Assembly: GCA_009995425.1 (NCBI GenBank)
Contig: JAACPN010000005.1
Location: forward strand, 55,349-119,348
Length of the DNA stretch: 64,000 bases
Direction: 5' to 3'
DNA from: Legionella sp.
Lineage (GTDB): Bacteria > Pseudomonadota > Gammaproteobacteria > Legionellales > Legionellaceae
Of this stretch, positions 17,802-27,070 are shown in pieces. The position numbers and the translations under genes were made by a program. Within the stretch, counting starts at the first letter, position 1. Each line of letters begins with the position of its first letter. The notes beneath the pieces are model-generated. The model made no database searches, was not told the origin of the DNA, and was given only the letters and a program-made list of their open reading frames with translations.

Positions 17802-18902
17802 ATGAAAATAATCAAACTCACGCTATTTATGATAGCCATTTTCTTCTGTGGATTTTGTCATGCTCATGATGCCCGATCAATATTTTATCAAGCATTCGAT
17901 TTTGCAAAAAATGAATCAGCATTTAAAGACAATATCGATTGGAATCAAATTGAAGAAAAGGGACTCGCGTTTATTGGAGATAAGCCGCTAGCTTGCCGTG
18001 GTATTTCAGCAATTAGTCATATTTTAGCACCCGAACTATTTAAATATGATTACCATACGTTTGTCACTGAAAATGGTTTAGACAGTGGTGAATGTCCTTT
18101 GTATAAGCCCCATGAAATAAGTGATTATTGGCACGATTGGGTTCAATTAAGCACGGTTAGAAGAGATTTTATTAAAAAAAAGATCGAGACCTTTTGGGGT
18201 AAACGATTTGGCGATATTGCATATATCTATATACCCAGCGGCTTTGCCTACAATGATGATGAAATAGAGGCAAGGATTCGCGAAGGAAGAAGTGTTGTTG
18301 ATAGCTTAAACCTTGAAACTGCAACGGGCATAATTGTTGATTTTCGCCTTAATACTGGGGGAAATTACGTCCCGATGCTGATGAGTCTTGCTAAAATAAT
18401 CAATCCTGCGACCCTATTTAAATATACACATGGAGAGAGCATAAGAATATCAGAAGATGGTAATACCCTCTTATCTTTAATACCTGGTGAACAAGAAGAA
18501 ATACTCTATAAAATAAGCTACCTCCCTCCGGTCAACCGAGTGAACCTACCCATCGTAATTTTAATCGATGAGGGAACAGCTAGCTCTGGGGCTATCGCGG
18601 CTTTCGCCCTCAAAGAAAATTCAAGTACGAATCAGTTATTAGGCGAAAAAACCAATCCGAGCCTATCCGTGAATGCAAGCTTACAATTAAACGATGGTAA
18701 CTATTTTAACTTGATGATCTTGAGAATTTTATCACCAACAGGTCTAGAGCAACCGCTATATCTAGACAGTGACATCCATGTAAAACATGATTTTTTCTCA
18801 ATATTTAGCACCAAGGATGAAAGTATTATACAAGGTATTAATTTAATAAGAGATCGGGTTAGGCGAAATACACGTGGAGAGCGTTATGTCCTTAAATCAT
18901 GA
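17802..18902 (+). CDS. Secreted S41-family (C-terminal processing) peptidase-like protein
   Basis: 366 aa with a signal peptide (MKIIKLTLFMIAIFFCGFCHA). S41-like blocks: IIVDFRLNTGGN and PIVILIDEGTASSGAIAAFAL. Confidence 0.6.
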   Translation: MKIIKLTLFMIAIFFCGFCHAHDARSIFYQAFDFAKNESAFKDNIDWNQIEEKGLAFIGDKPLACRGISAISHILAPELFKYDYHTFVTENGLDSGECPLYKPHEISDYWHDWVQLSTVRRDFIKKKIETFWGKRFGDIAYIYIPSGFAYNDDEIEARIREGRSVVDSLNLETATGIIVDFRLNTGGNYVPMLMSLAKIINPATLFKYTHGESIRISEDGNTLLSLIPGEQEEILYKISYLPPVNRVNLPIVILIDEGTASSGAIAAFALKENSSTNQLLGEKTNPSLSVNASLQLNDGNYFNLMILRILSPTGLEQPLYLDSDIHVKHDFFSIFSTKDESIIQGINLIRDRVRRNTRGERYVLKS

Positions 18903-19239
18903 AACATCTATCATTCAGTTTGAAGATTTTTTAAAAGTTGATATGCGTGCAGGTACCATTCTTGAGGCAAACTTTAATTCTAAAGCAAAAATACCAGCTT
19001 ATGTTTTAAAGATTGATTTTGGAGAGCTGGGAATTAAAACAAGTTCAGCACAAATCACGGATAACTATAAGCCAGAAGATCTTGTTGGTAAGCAAATTAT
19101 CGCTATAATGAACTTTCCTCCCAAACGCGTGGCTGGAATCAAATCAGAAGTTTTGGTTCTTGCTTGTGTTTCTCCTACATCAGGCACGGTTTTACTCCAT
19201 CCGTCGTTGGATGTAAGCGATGGATGCCGCGTGCTATAA
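18886..19239 (+). CDS. tRNA-binding domain protein (CsaA/YgjH-like)
   Basis: FEDFLKVDMRAGTILEA...IPAYVLKIDFGELGIKTSSAQIT..Y.PEDLVGKQIIAIMNFPPKRVAGIKSEVLVLA matches the EMAP/CsaA tRNA-binding fold pattern. The start is taken at MSLNHE; the track ORF starts 4 codons earlier. Confidence 0.75.
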   Translation: MSLNHETSIIQFEDFLKVDMRAGTILEANFNSKAKIPAYVLKIDFGELGIKTSSAQITDNYKPEDLVGKQIIAIMNFPPKRVAGIKSEVLVLACVSPTSGTVLLHPSLDVSDGCRVL

Positions 19240-19265
19240 ATATAAATGTACATGGAAGATTAAAC

Positions 19266-20384
19266 ATGAACACAACGCCTCAACGATTTTTATCTCTTGA
19301 TATCTTTCGTGGCTTAACCGTTGCCATGATGATTTTAGTCAATAGCATTGATGATCAACAGGCTTACTCATGGCTTAGACACTCAAGTTGGAACGGTTGC
19401 ACCTTAGCCGATCTTGTTTTTCCATTTTTTATATTTATCGTCGGTATGTCAGGCGTACTCTCGATTACAGGCTTAAAAAACAAAGGATTATCAACACAAG
19501 ACATCTTAAATAAAATTATAAAACGCACAGCGATTCTCTTTTTGATAGGCTTGCTCATCAATGCATTTCCTCATCATTTTGATCTGACCTCGATTCGCTT
19601 ATTCGGTGTTTTACAGCGCATTGCTATCTGTTATTTTTTTGCCTCACTGCTCTTTCTCACCTGTCGTGCACAAACACACATCATCATCCTAACCAGCTTA
19701 TTGGTGGCCTATTGGCTCGTCATGATTTTAATCCCCGTACCCGGTTATGGCGTACATAACTTAACTCAAGAAGGAAACTTTGCTGCCTACCTCGATAGAT
19801 TATTTATTCCAGCCCAGCATTTATATACGAAAAATTTCGATCCAGAAGGTATCTTCAGTACACTTCCTGCCATTGCAACCGCCTTGCTTGGCAATCTGCT
19901 GAGCATGTGGCTTCTGACACCCAACCCTCAAACCCGGCGGTTACATGGCATGATCCTTGCCGGGAGCGTGGCCATGATACTTGGCTGGTTGTGGGGGGTT
20001 AGCTTTCCCATCAATAAAGCAATCTGGTCAAGTTCTTACGTCTTATGGACGTCTGGAATCGCCCTGCTCCTGTATGCCTTAGTTTACTGGTGCGTTGAAA
20101 TGCACCGTTGGCATTCATGGCTTAAACCGTTTGAAATTTTTGGCAAACATGCACTGATTGCATTTGTACTTCATGTTTTATTTTTAAAACTACAGGCAAA
20201 ACTCTTTGTTCATACGCCAGCAGGTGGGCTCATCAATTTACGTGATTTTCTTACGTTGCATCTCTTTCCTCATGTTGCTTTGTCTCATGCTGCATTTCTT
20301 TATGCCTTAGCATGCGTCGCATTTTGGCTGATCGTTATACTTGCTTATGATCGCGCGAAGCGCTGGACTAAAGTAGAAACATAA
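19266..20384 (+). CDS. Multi-pass membrane acyltransferase-like protein (DUF1624/DUF5009, HGSNAT-like)
   Basis: N-terminal RFLSLDIFRGLTVAMMILVN motif and about 10 predicted TM helices. The start is taken at the internal Met (MNTTPQRF), which removes the overlap with the upstream gene. Confidence 0.7.
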   Translation: MNTTPQRFLSLDIFRGLTVAMMILVNSIDDQQAYSWLRHSSWNGCTLADLVFPFFIFIVGMSGVLSITGLKNKGLSTQDILNKIIKRTAILFLIGLLINAFPHHFDLTSIRLFGVLQRIAICYFFASLLFLTCRAQTHIIILTSLLVAYWLVMILIPVPGYGVHNLTQEGNFAAYLDRLFIPAQHLYTKNFDPEGIFSTLPAIATALLGNLLSMWLLTPNPQTRRLHGMILAGSVAMILGWLWGVSFPINKAIWSSSYVLWTSGIALLLYALVYWCVEMHRWHSWLKPFEIFGKHALIAFVLHVLFLKLQAKLFVHTPAGGLINLRDFLTLHLFPHVALSHAAFLYALACVAFWLIVILAYDRAKRWTKVET

Positions 20385-20449
20385 CTACTTTCGTGCTATA
20401 CTATCTACATCTACACGAGTGAAGCAAAAATTTATTATGCGAGGTTGAT

Positions 20450-20707
20450 ATGACCATAACAACGATTAGCAGCAGAGAATTCAATCAAGACGTTAGTAAG
20501 GTAAAACGTGCGTCTTCACGTGGCCCTGTCTTTATTACTGACAGAGGCCGACCGGCGCACGTTTTATTAACAATAAAAGATTATCAAAATCTTACAAAAA
20601 CAAAAGAGAGTATCGTTGAACTTCTAGCCATGCCTGATGCGGCTAACATTGATTTTGAACCACCCAAATTAAATAAGACACTTTATCAAAAAGAGGACTT
20701 GAAATAA
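20450..20707 (+). CDS. Type II antitoxin, Phd/YefM family
   Basis: 85 aa. The opening ISSREFNQDVSKVKRASSRGPVFITDRGRPAHVLLTIKDYQNL is typical. Its stop overlaps the start of the PIN toxin gene. Confidence 0.8.
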   Translation: MTITTISSREFNQDVSKVKRASSRGPVFITDRGRPAHVLLTIKDYQNLTKTKESIVELLAMPDAANIDFEPPKLNKTLYQKEDLK

Positions 20708-21129
20708 TGTATCTACTGGATACCAACGTGATTTCTGAGTTAAGAAAAGCAAAATCAGGAAATGCCCATGAAGGCGTCATTTCATGGGCTAACAGCATCC
20801 CCGTATCTAACCTTTTTTTGTCGGTTATGACTATTTTAGAGCTTGAAACCGGTATATTACAGATAGAGCGGCGTGATGTATCTCAAGGATCCGTCTTACG
20901 AACATGGCTTTCCATGCATGTTTTACCAGCATTCAATGATCGCATTTTGCCTCTCGACACGGCTGTTGCAGCACGCTGCGCAAGACTCCATGTCCCTAAT
21001 CCAAAATCAGATAGAGATGCAATCATCGCAGCAACAGCTTTAGTTCATGGGATGACCGTTGTTACACGAAACGTTGCTGATTTTGATAAAACAGGCGTAG
21101 ATATCATAAATCCTTGGGGATCTGATTAA
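20707..21129 (+). CDS. vapC: Type II toxin, PIN-domain VapC family
   Basis: 140 aa. MYLLDTNVISELRK N-terminus. Conserved acidic residues (D5, E..; DAIIAATALVHGMTVVTRNVADF). Confidence 0.85.
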   Translation: MYLLDTNVISELRKAKSGNAHEGVISWANSIPVSNLFLSVMTILELETGILQIERRDVSQGSVLRTWLSMHVLPAFNDRILPLDTAVAARCARLHVPNPKSDRDAIIAATALVHGMTVVTRNVADFDKTGVDIINPWGSD

Positions 21130-24100
21130 CTTTAGCCCTCATTTTTTCTTGCCACGTTTGTAACATCACATAAAACGACGGGACAAAAACAACGGCAAGA
21201 CACGTAGAAGCAAGCATCCCACTGCTAACCGCAATACCTATGGAGCGCCGTGCATTGGCACCTGCGCCACTGGCAAACACCAACGGCATCATCCCTAAAA
21301 TAAACGCAAACGATGTCATCAAAATAGGACGGAAGCGCTTTTTGGCGCCAATGAGTGCCGCATCAATAATGGATTTTTTATGAATCTCGCGCTCTTCTCG
21401 TGCGACTTCGACAATCAAAATCGCATTTTTAGCGGCAAGTGCTATGAGTAATAAAATACCGATTTGCGTGTACATATTATTCGATATTTTCAAAAGCAGT
21501 AGCACGGCAACCGTTCCAATCAATGCCAGTGGCACACTGAATATCACCGCTAAGGACGTAATCCAATTTTCATACTGACCCGCCAAAATTAAATACACCA
21601 GCACCAACGAAAGCAAAAAGATGTAATAACTCATGTTACCCGTTAATTTTTCTTGATACGCGGTACCGGTCCATTCAAACGACATCCCTGTCGGCAAAAT
21701 TTGCTTGGCTAATTTTTCAAGCACATCAATTGCCTGCCCCGAACTGTAGCCCGCACCAGCCATGCCATAAATATTACTTGAGGGATACAAATTATAAAGC
21801 GATATAATCGATGGCCCAACAGCCGGATACATGTTGGTGAGTGTGCCCAAAGGCACCATTTCTTGTTTATTATTGCGTACATAATAATTGCGTACATCAT
21901 CAATCGTCATACGTGAATTGGCGTCAGCCTGTACATAGACTTGGAATACTTGGCCAAATTTCGCAAAAAGATTCACAAACGAAGAACCTAAATAGGTTTC
22001 TAACACGCTCGTTGCATCACCCAGACTCACCCCCAAAGATTCAGATTTCTGTCGGTCGATGGGCGCTAAAAGTTGCGGTGCACTGGCTCGAAACGACGTC
22101 ATCAAATTTTTGAGCTCAGGCTGCTTTCTTGCATAATCTAACAGCTCCTCGGTTGCGCTTTGTAATTTTTGATAATCAAAACTTCCATCTTGAAGTTCAA
22201 TTTGCATTTGAAAACCGCCTGATAATCCTAGCCCTTGAATCGGCGGCGGTACCAAGACCAAGACTTGCGCATCGAGCGTTTGTGCTGCAATCTCGTTTAA
22301 TTTTTCATATAGGGTTTTAAGATCGCCGTTTTTGCCACGGTTCGACCAATCTTTAAAAATAATATAGACCGCGCCGCCATTCGCAAGCGTTGCGTTATTA
22401 TCCAACAACGAAATGCCATCGATACCAATCACGTTTTCAACGGCTTCAATCTTTTTTGCCTCACGTGTTAATTGCTGGATCAGTGCTTGGGTACGTTCTA
22501 ACGATGCGCCATCCGGTAATTGGACATTGAGCATCATGTAACCTTGATCTTCTATTGGAACAAAACCTGTAGGAATACGCGTGAGCCCGATGATTGCAAG
22601 CAACACGAATCCCCCGCCAACTAAACAAACTTTACCACTATGATGAATCATTTGCTCAATATAGCTACCGTAACGTTTTTCTAATGGATAATAAACATGG
22701 TCAAACGCACGAAAAACAAGATTTTTAGGCTTCTTATTTGATACCACGACAGGCTGTAACCACATTGCACACTGCACGGGCTTCAAACTCACCGCATTTA
22801 TCGCACTAATAAACGCCGTAGCTGCAATCACCAAGGCAAATTGAGCATACATAGCACCCGTCAATCCCGGAATAAAACCTGCTGGTACAAACACAGCCAT
22901 CAACACCAGAGTAATACCAACAATAGGCCCCATCAACTCCGACATCGCCAAAATAGACGCTTGTTTTGGCGTGTGCTTTTGCTCAATTTTTTGAGTCACT
23001 CCTTCCACAATCACAATCGCATCATCAATGACAATCCCGATTGCGAGCACCAGCGCGAACAACGTTAATAAATTAATTGAGTAACTTAAAATAAGCATGG
23101 CAAAAAAGGCACCAATAATCGTCACCGGTACGGTGGTCGCAGGAATGAGTGTGGCGCGTGAGTTTTGCAAAAATAATAAAATGACCAATAAAACTAAAAA
23201 GCCGGCTTCATAGAGCGTATGATAAACTTCATGAATGGATGCATTCACAAACATCGTCGTATCGAAAGGGATCGCGTATTCAATACCTGGCGGAAAGCTT
23301 TTGGCCATGTTAGCCACGGTTTTTCGGACATCTTCAGCTACATCTAATGCATTGGCTTCTGGCAATTGATAAATAGCGATCGCCGCTGTTGGCTTATTAT
23401 TTAACGTAGCAAATTGGTTATAACTCGACGCGCCTAACTCAACCCGCCCAACATCACGTATTCGAATGGTTTGAGCACTACGGGTTAATTTGCTATTCGT
23501 CAATTTTGCGGTTTGATTGGGATTGATGGCATCACTTCTGACAATAATATCAGCAAATTTATTGGGATCTTCAATTTGACCTGGTACATTCACCGTAAAT
23601 TGATACGCTTGCTGACCGGTGGTTGGGTTGCCGCCTACTTGGCCTGCGGAGATTTGTTTGTTTTGATTTTTAATCGCATCCAACACATCACTTGGATTAA
23701 GCGAGTAGGCATACATTTTTTTGGGATCAAGCCATACGCGCATGGCATAATTACCTGCACCAAAAACGGCGACATTGCCAACACCCGGTAAACGCGCCAA
23801 TTCATTTTGCATATTAATCGTTGCATAATTATTTAAAAACAAACCATCATATTGATTGTTTTTGGCCGTCAACGTCACAAACTGTAAAATAGCGGTTGAT
23901 TTTTTTTGAACGACGACGCCTTGTTTTTGTACAGGATCGGGCAATTGCGCCATAGCGGCCTGCACACGGCTTTGCACCAAGACCTGTGCAAAATTCATGT
24001 CGGTTCCTATCTTAAACGTGATGATCAGTGAATAATTACCGCCATTCGTACTGGTCGATTGCATATACAACATATCTTCGACGCCATTGACTTGCTTTTC

Positions 24101-24298
24101 TATCGGCAGCGCGACGGTCTTAATCAGCGTTTTTGAATCGGCCCCTGGGTAATTGGTTGTGACTTGGATCGTGGGTGGCACAATTTCAGGGTACTGTGAA
24201 ATAGGTAACACCTTCATGGCTATTAATCCCAAAAACACAATCACAATCGCAATCACATTGGATAATATGGGGCGCTCAATAAAAAATTTAGAAATCAT
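21104..24298 (-). CDS. RND efflux permease (AcrB/HAE1 family)
   Basis: 1064 aa. MISKFFIERPILSNVIAIVIVFLGLIAM start, 12-TM architecture and conserved IGIVIDDAIVIVE motif. Last gene of an OMF-MFP-RND operon. Confidence 0.9.
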   Translation of the reverse strand: MISKFFIERPILSNVIAIVIVFLGLIAMKVLPISQYPEIVPPTIQVTTNYPGADSKTLIKTVALPIEKQVNGVEDMLYMQSTSTNGGNYSLIITFKIGTDMNFAQVLVQSRVQAAMAQLPDPVQKQGVVVQKKSTAILQFVTLTAKNNQYDGLFLNNYATINMQNELARLPGVGNVAVFGAGNYAMRVWLDPKKMYAYSLNPSDVLDAIKNQNKQISAGQVGGNPTTGQQAYQFTVNVPGQIEDPNKFADIIVRSDAINPNQTAKLTNSKLTRSAQTIRIRDVGRVELGASSYNQFATLNNKPTAAIAIYQLPEANALDVAEDVRKTVANMAKSFPPGIEYAIPFDTTMFVNASIHEVYHTLYEAGFLVLLVILLFLQNSRATLIPATTVPVTIIGAFFAMLILSYSINLLTLFALVLAIGIVIDDAIVIVEGVTQKIEQKHTPKQASILAMSELMGPIVGITLVLMAVFVPAGFIPGLTGAMYAQFALVIAATAFISAINAVSLKPVQCAMWLQPVVVSNKKPKNLVFRAFDHVYYPLEKRYGSYIEQMIHHSGKVCLVGGGFVLLAIIGLTRIPTGFVPIEDQGYMMLNVQLPDGASLERTQALIQQLTREAKKIEAVENVIGIDGISLLDNNATLANGGAVYIIFKDWSNRGKNGDLKTLYEKLNEIAAQTLDAQVLVLVPPPIQGLGLSGGFQMQIELQDGSFDYQKLQSATEELLDYARKQPELKNLMTSFRASAPQLLAPIDRQKSESLGVSLGDATSVLETYLGSSFVNLFAKFGQVFQVYVQADANSRMTIDDVRNYYVRNNKQEMVPLGTLTNMYPAVGPSIISLYNLYPSSNIYGMAGAGYSSGQAIDVLEKLAKQILPTGMSFEWTGTAYQEKLTGNMSYYIFLLSLVLVYLILAGQYENWITSLAVIFSVPLALIGTVAVLLLLKISNNMYTQIGILLLIALAAKNAILIVEVAREEREIHKKSIIDAALIGAKKRFRPILMTSFAFILGMMPLVFASGAGANARRSIGIAVSSGMLASTCLAVVFVPSFYVMLQTWQEKMRAKVNQIPKDL

Positions 24299-25470
24299 GC
24301 GGTTTTCTTCTTATGATCAAATATTGGGTTAACTAACTTACCGTCCGATGCACGCTGAAGACCCTTAACAATCACGTGATCCGTTGATTGAATACCACTT
24401 GCTATCGCCTGAATACCGTTTTCAAGCGGCCCTAAAACAACACGTTTTAAAACAACGCGGTTATCTGAGTTAACCGTCAAGAGATAAGGCCCAACTTGAT
24501 CATATTGAATCGCGGTATCAGGTACGGTTAATCGAGGCTCGGGTGAATTCACCGCAATTTTTATTTGCACAAACGAACCCGGCAGCAAAGCGTATTCTGT
24601 ATTCGGCAATAATGCTCTAAATTCTAATGTTCCGGTTGAGGCATTAAGTCCCGTGTTAATAAAATCGATCTTGCCTTTAAATTTATAATTTTCACCTGAG
24701 GGAAGATTAATCTCAACAGGCACTTCCCGAATGACTTGCTCATCAATATTTTGCTCTTTCATCACAGCTCTTAAGCGAATCAAATCAATTTCGTTTAAAT
24801 TAAAATAAACATAAATAGGATCCAATTGCTCAAGCGTTGCCAAAACAGTTGCTTCACCGTGACCCACTAAATTATGTTTATCCACTAAATGCCGGCCAAT
24901 ACGGCCATCAAACGGTGCCTTAACCTGTGTATAGCTTTGGTTAATTTGAACAAGAATTAAATTTTCTTCAGCTTCCGTCACATCCGCGGCTGATGCTTGA
25001 CTTTTGGCCAACCATTTTTCAACATTACTTTTAGATGTTGCGTTTTGTTTATACATACGTTGCTGACGTGCATACTCGATAGCATCATACGTATGGGTTG
25101 CTTTTTTTGAAGCAAGCTTAGCTTCTGCTTCGATAACTTTGGCGCGATACGGCTCAGGCTCAATCAAGAATAATATCGCCCCTTGCTTAACAAACGTACC
25201 GTCAATAAAGTTAATTTTATCGAGAAAACCTTCAACACGTGCAACCAAATCAACCGCATGAAACGCAACTGTATTGCCGGTTTGAATCACATATTCAGAC
25301 ATCGCTCTTGAAACAGGCTGCTGGGTTTGTACGGTTGGCAAAGGAATTTTAACGGTTCGATATTTTGATGTGTAATAATTTACAATATTGATGATCAATA
25401 AAATAATTAAGATCATACGTGTGATGCGTTTAAATTTTTCTGCCTTGGCTGAATTCATGCTTATCACCAT
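24295..25470 (-). CDS. RND efflux periplasmic adaptor (membrane fusion protein)
   Basis: 391 aa. N-terminal TM, then lipoyl/hairpin/beta-barrel pattern (VKAPFDGRIGRHLVDKHNLV). 4-nt overlap with the RND gene and 7-nt overlap with the OMF gene. Confidence 0.85.
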   Translation of the reverse strand: MVISMNSAKAEKFKRITRMILIILLIINIVNYYTSKYRTVKIPLPTVQTQQPVSRAMSEYVIQTGNTVAFHAVDLVARVEGFLDKINFIDGTFVKQGAILFLIEPEPYRAKVIEAEAKLASKKATHTYDAIEYARQQRMYKQNATSKSNVEKWLAKSQASAADVTEAEENLILVQINQSYTQVKAPFDGRIGRHLVDKHNLVGHGEATVLATLEQLDPIYVYFNLNEIDLIRLRAVMKEQNIDEQVIREVPVEINLPSGENYKFKGKIDFINTGLNASTGTLEFRALLPNTEYALLPGSFVQIKIAVNSPEPRLTVPDTAIQYDQVGPYLLTVNSDNRVVLKRVVLGPLENGIQAIASGIQSTDHVIVKGLQRASDGKLVNPIFDHKKKTA

Positions 25471-27020
25471 GTAGGAAAATAAAGGGTTTTAAATTGTGCG
25501 TATTTTGTTTCGGGCACTTCATGATTCTGTTGCAGCAACAACTTACCCCAGTTGGTTCTTTTTGCCATGTCACGCTTAATCGTTTCGGGTATGTAGTCAT
25601 GATTTTCCCGAATTTGCCAGCCACCACCCAATGCGCGATACAAATTCACCAGCGATTTAGGCAGTTCGGCACGGGCGTTCACGAGAGCGGTTTGCGTGTA
25701 AAATTGCTGTTGTTGCGCATACAACACGGATGTATAGCCTGTTTCACCTTCTTTGTATTGAATCAACGTGAGTTGTGTCGCCTTCATGGCTGCACGAACG
25801 GCATCTTCATAATGTTTGACGGCTTTTTTAGTTTCGGTGTAGCGTGTTATGTTATCTTGCACTTCTTGCTGTGCAATTAAAATAATATTTTGATAATGAA
25901 GTAATTTCTCTTGAAACAAAGCATCTTGTGTACGCACCATGTTGGTGATTTGTCCATAATTCAATATAGGCCAATTAAGCCCAGGCCCAATCGTCGTATT
26001 ACGATTTGACCAATTGAACATCTCTGACAACGTCGCGCCACTGATTGTATTTCCCGCAAAATAAAAACTCCCACTTAAAGAAAAAGCCGGAAAAAGCTCA
26101 GCCTTGGTCGCACCAATGGTCTCTGAGTGCATGATGGCATCAAAACGTGCTTGACGCACATCGGGCCGCCGAATGAGCATTTCGCGTGGAATACCTACCT
26201 CGACAGCCTCAGGTGCTTTAGGTATGCCATGGTGTTGATGAAGCAGTGCTTCGATATCATTCGGCACCATGCCAAGCAACACAGCAAGCGCATCTTTTTG
26301 TATTTGCTGTTGGCTGATAAGTTCCGGCAATCTGGCTTTGGTTTCGGCCAATTGCGTTTTAGCTTCTTCGACATCACGTAAGCTTGCAGCCCCGGCTTGA
26401 TAACGCGACATGGTTAATGCGAGACTGGTTTCTTGGAGTGTAATATTTTGTTGTGTGATACGAATCAGGGATTCACTTCCCCGAAAGCCTATATACGTGT
26501 GTGCAATATCTGATATGAGTGAAACCAAAGCTTGATCGTAAGCTGCAACCGATGACAAAAAACTTGCATCACGGGAACGCACCGAGCGGCGAAACTTTCC
26601 CCAAAAGTCCGTTTCCCAGTTGGCCGAAAAACCGAGCAATGCGGCATCAAAACCACTGGGCAGCACATCTTGTAAATACGAACCCCCAATACGATAGTTT
26701 AAATAATTACCGTTCATGGTTTGTAATTGAGGATAAAGCCCACCAACAGATTTCGCCAACTGTGCACGCGCTTGTAATATGCGCATACCCGCCATATGCA
26801 GCGTTAAGTTATTATGGTAGCCATGATAGATAAGTTGTGTCAGATTAGGATCATCAAAAACATCCCACCATTTATCTTGTTTGAATTCTTTTTCTTTGAC
26901 TGATTTGTCTTTTTTTGCCCAATGCTTGGGAGTATTAATTTGGGGCTCTTTGTAATCGGGGCCAACCATACAAGCCGTGAGAAATAAGCATGCTAATACC
27001 GCAATATTTTTTGACATCAT
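25464..27020 (-). CDS. Efflux outer-membrane factor lipoprotein (NodT/OprM family)
   Basis: 518 aa. Lipobox LFLTAC followed by MVGPDYKEP, typical of NodT-family OMFs. Ends with the LYRALGGGW motif. Confidence 0.85.
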   Translation of the reverse strand: MMSKNIAVLACLFLTACMVGPDYKEPQINTPKHWAKKDKSVKEKEFKQDKWWDVFDDPNLTQLIYHGYHNNLTLHMAGMRILQARAQLAKSVGGLYPQLQTMNGNYLNYRIGGSYLQDVLPSGFDAALLGFSANWETDFWGKFRRSVRSRDASFLSSVAAYDQALVSLISDIAHTYIGFRGSESLIRITQQNITLQETSLALTMSRYQAGAASLRDVEEAKTQLAETKARLPELISQQQIQKDALAVLLGMVPNDIEALLHQHHGIPKAPEAVEVGIPREMLIRRPDVRQARFDAIMHSETIGATKAELFPAFSLSGSFYFAGNTISGATLSEMFNWSNRNTTIGPGLNWPILNYGQITNMVRTQDALFQEKLLHYQNIILIAQQEVQDNITRYTETKKAVKHYEDAVRAAMKATQLTLIQYKEGETGYTSVLYAQQQQFYTQTALVNARAELPKSLVNLYRALGGGWQIRENHDYIPETIKRDMAKRTNWGKLLLQQNHEVPETKYAQFKTLYFPTW

Positions 27021-27070
27021 GAGTTGGCAAATTAAAAACGTCCCTTTTCATCCATACTAACATGTAATTT

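Noticed and set aside
19164-19265. 34-codon N-terminal extension of the acyltransferase-like ORF overlapping the tRNA-binding protein gene
   Set aside because: The extension is Cys/Arg-rich, overlaps the upstream gene's 3-prime end, and precedes a Met that begins the conserved RFLSLDIFRG motif. The internal start was preferred.
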